DNA from: an uncultured candidate division Zixibacteria bacterium
Lineage (GTDB): Bacteria; Zixibacteria; MSB-5A5; UBA10806
Assembly (NCBI GenBank): GCA_963801605.1
Contig: CAWDFP010000007.1
Coordinates: 32,001 to 96,000 of the forward strand
DNA: 64,000 bases
Reading direction: 5' to 3'
Shown: positions 61,513 through 64,000 of the stretch, piece after piece
Numbering within the stretch: position 1 is the stretch's first letter
Layout: each line of letters opens with the position of its first letter
Notes under the pieces: generated by a model
Databases searched by the model: none
What the model saw: only the letters and a program-made list of their open reading frames with translations
What the model was told of the DNA's origin: nothing
Program-made: the position numbers and the translations under genes

Positions 61513-62155
61513 GGATCATCCGTTAGAGGAGTTGTTAGAGGCGCTGTATAAGGCCCAGGAGGACGGACATCTGCCAATAAGGCCCGGAGAGCTTCATCTT
61601 CCCGCTGAGCCATCGCCAGCGGAATTAGAGTCATATATTGGTCGAGGGCTAATTGATGCCAAAAACAGTCATATCGATCTCACGCCGCTGGGGTTGGCCA
61701 AAGCAGAGCTTCTGGTGCGACGGCATCGATTGGCGGAGCGGCTATTTTCGGAAATACTGCAGCTCGATGAATCAGCGCTTCATTCCACAAGCTGTTCGTT
61801 TGAACATGTACTCGAACCGGCTGTAACGGAATCCGTTTGCACAATGCTGGGGCATCCTCCAACCTGTCCTCATGGCAAACGAATTCCGCCAGGCGAGTGC
61901 TGTAAAAATTCCCGTAAGGAGTTGGCTCCGATAGTAATTCCGCTGGCAGAGCTACCGGCGGGTTCGAATGCCAGAATTGTGTTTGTGACTACTCCTTATC
62001 ACCAGAGATTGAGCCGCCTGGTAAATCTGGGCGTAGTGCCGGGCGGATATATTACGCTCCTTCAAAAAAGGCCGTCATTCTTATTGCGTTCCGGTTCGAC
62101 AGAGATCGCTATCGATGAGGAAATTGCCGGCGAAATCTATGTCAGGAAAACTTAG
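61499..62155 (+). CDS. DtxR/MntR-family metal-dependent regulator with C-terminal FeoA domain
   Basis: EELLEALY, LT..G, RRHRLAERLF, FEH, CPHGK.IP; FeoA-like RL..LGVVPG. Confidence 0.88.
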   Translation: MEDHRDHPLEELLEALYKAQEDGHLPIRPGELHLPAEPSPAELESYIGRGLIDAKNSHIDLTPLGLAKAELLVRRHRLAERLFSEILQLDESALHSTSCSFEHVLEPAVTESVCTMLGHPPTCPHGKRIPPGECCKNSRKELAPIVIPLAELPAGSNARIVFVTTPYHQRLSRLVNLGVVPGGYITLLQKRPSFLLRSGSTEIAIDEEIAGEIYVRKT

Positions 62156-62209
62156 GAGCGGTTGGATATAATATATTACGTGGGAATCGAGCGATATTCA
62201 GGCTATTAA

Positions 62210-63485
62210 CTAATCGCTGATTATTTCAGGTAAAAATTGCGCGCCTACTTTTTTTCGCGGTTCTTTAAGCTTCATTGATATAAGATATGAGCTGATTGTT
62301 GTTAAGCAGACGATAAAGAACAGAAGCTTAAGAGAGAAGACCTGACTTAATAATCCTCCCAAAGCGGAGCAAAAAACGGTTGGCGCGATCAGAGTATGCA
62401 TCACTCCAATCGATAGCAACCGTCCCTTTTCAGGGGAAATTTCCAGAAGATAGTTTACATATCCCATGCTGATCCCGGCCTCAGCCGTTCCCAAAAGGAG
62501 AAAGACGGCGGCGAACGCTATGGGGGAGATGGGAAAGAAGGACGATGTCAGGGCAATTAACGGGGGAAAGACGCTGAAAAAGGCGGCCACCACAATCACC
62601 TTCTTATTTGAAATATGATTCGATAACCAGGCCCAAAGGATATTCGAGCCCAGGTATCCGATCATCTGAGCTGTCAAATATACTCCGGCAATCGATTTGG
62701 AAGCTCCCAGCCTGTTGATGGCAAAAACCACATAAAAAGGGGATGCCAGGTAGTAGGTATTGATTATGGCCCGAGACCAGAATAATCGTCGGAAGTTGCC
62801 ATCATTGGTAAATATCGCCAGGGCTGATTTTAGCTGCTGTCCGGGGACTGGCTTTTTCGAGTCTATCCTCAGTTACCGGCTCCTTAACAAAGGCGAAGGT
62901 GATAAGCCCCAGAAGCATCAGAAGACAGGCGACAATATAAAGATAACCGAAATTAAAGGGGAACGAATAGCCCTGTATCATCCGTCTCACAAGCAGACCC
63001 TCGGCGGCCGCGACGCTGCCCCCGATAAACATTCTTAAACCGAAATAGCTGCCGCGTTTATTGGTGGGAATTGTCTTGCCCACAATCTCCGTAAAGGCGG
63101 CGCCGGCAAAACCGGCGGCGATATTAACAAGCGCATAACAGACTCCAAAGGATATCAGAATTCCCACGGGATTGTCGCTGAATGCAAAAATGCCGGCTAT
63201 GGCTAAGAGGAAAAATCCAAATCTTAAATAGGATAATTTATTATAGAATCCCAGGACTTGTTTCCGGTGGACTATAAAAACGGCGGCAAATAGCTGAGGA
63301 AAAAACCATCCAAAATTCTCGATCGAGGAAAACAGGCCAATTAAGACTTTGGAATTGGTAAGCTGTGAAATAAAAACCGGTAATATTGTAGAGCCGGAGA
63401 GGAATGCCGCCGAGGCGTTGAAAAATACGCCGTTTATTACTCCCAATGAGAAATTGCGTTTGAAATCATTGCCCGTTTTTGACAT
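62210..63485 (-). CDS. MFS transporter; apparent +1 frameshift near 62855
   Basis: ORFs 62802-63521 and 62210-62731 join (EKPVPGQQLKSALAIFTNDGNFRRL...) after removing one A; IVGKTIP..KRG.YFG. Confidence 0.85.
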
Positions 63486-63588
63486 GGGCCACAAGATATA
63501 TGGAAGGTTGGCTCTCTGCAAGAGATTAGGATGATTTATCGCTATATCCGGGCTTGAAAATCAAGGGCATTTATATTATTATCGCTTG

Positions 63589-64000
63589 GTGCAAGCAACT
63601 TACGAACATAGGAATATCCATTTTGCAGAGTTATCGTCGGGCGCTTTGTCGCGATTTCTTTTCAGTATCTCGCTGGCGCTGGCAACGATAGCTACAAAAA
63701 GCCTTTTTTACCTGGTTTTGCTTTTGGCTTTTGGTATGTTGGCAATTCTTTCGTGGAATGGAAGTTTCAAGGCCATCCTTAAAATAGCGAGCTATACAAT
63801 TTTCTTTCTGGCGTTCATATTCATGCTGCATCTCTTTTTTAATCCGGGGAAAGTGATATTCAAGTTCTGGTTTCTCACTGCCACCGTTGAAGGCGCCAGG
63901 GCCGGGCTTTTGTACGGCCTGAAACTATTGGTCTTTTCCTACGCCGCCGGAATAATTTTTCTATCGGTTGATCCCTTTGAGTTGATATCGCCAATGGAAC
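63589..64000 (+). CDS. ECF transporter transmembrane component (EcfT/CbiQ), partial; runs off the window end
   Basis: Manual translation from GTG 63589: ...FIFMLHLFFNPGKVIFKFWFLTATVEGARAGLLYGLKLL...SVDPFELI. Confidence 0.75.
   Translation, partial: MQATYEHRNIHFAELSSGALSRFLFSISLALATIATKSLFYLVLLLAFGMLAILSWNGSFKAILKIASYTIFFLAFIFMLHLFFNPGKVIFKFWFLTATVEGARAGLLYGLKLLVFSYAAGIIFLSVDPFELISPME

Overview
A housekeeping and signalling region of a moderately GC-rich bacterium. The duplicated 'GDAN.SG.VNGLDV.YLVN..KGG' dockerin-like tail suggests a Zixibacteria-like lineage (inference only). It holds about 50 CDS: lepB, smpB, amidase, murI, rdgB, rpe, rsmB, recJ, accC/BCCP, rlmN, purF, guaB, a fur-feoB iron locus, two sigma54 two-component modules, and a cytochrome-c-fused cytochrome bd-superfamily gene pair. 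RNA genes are RNase P RNA (rnpB) and five tRNAs (Pro-TGG, Arg-TCT, Ser-CGA, Ile2/Met-CAT, Val-CAC). I saw no transposase, integrase, CRISPR array or rRNA. Ten genes are broken by apparent single-base insertions, most likely sequencing error. The most interesting unexplained features are: (i) a near-perfect four-way-junction element at 11222-11427; (ii) a ~1 kb non-coding stretch (55065-56110) with a multi-stem RNA candidate and nested REP-like/MITE-like repeats; (iii) a rod-shaped RNA with terminator/antiterminator after the tRNA pair; (iv) 'incomplete' signalling proteins (a His-less kinase, an output-less PAS/GAF sensor, a DHp-only protein); (v) a sigma54 promoter driving a stand-alone degenerate GGDEF protein; and (vi) a long palindrome centred on the purF -10 box. 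All folds and alignments were done by eye.
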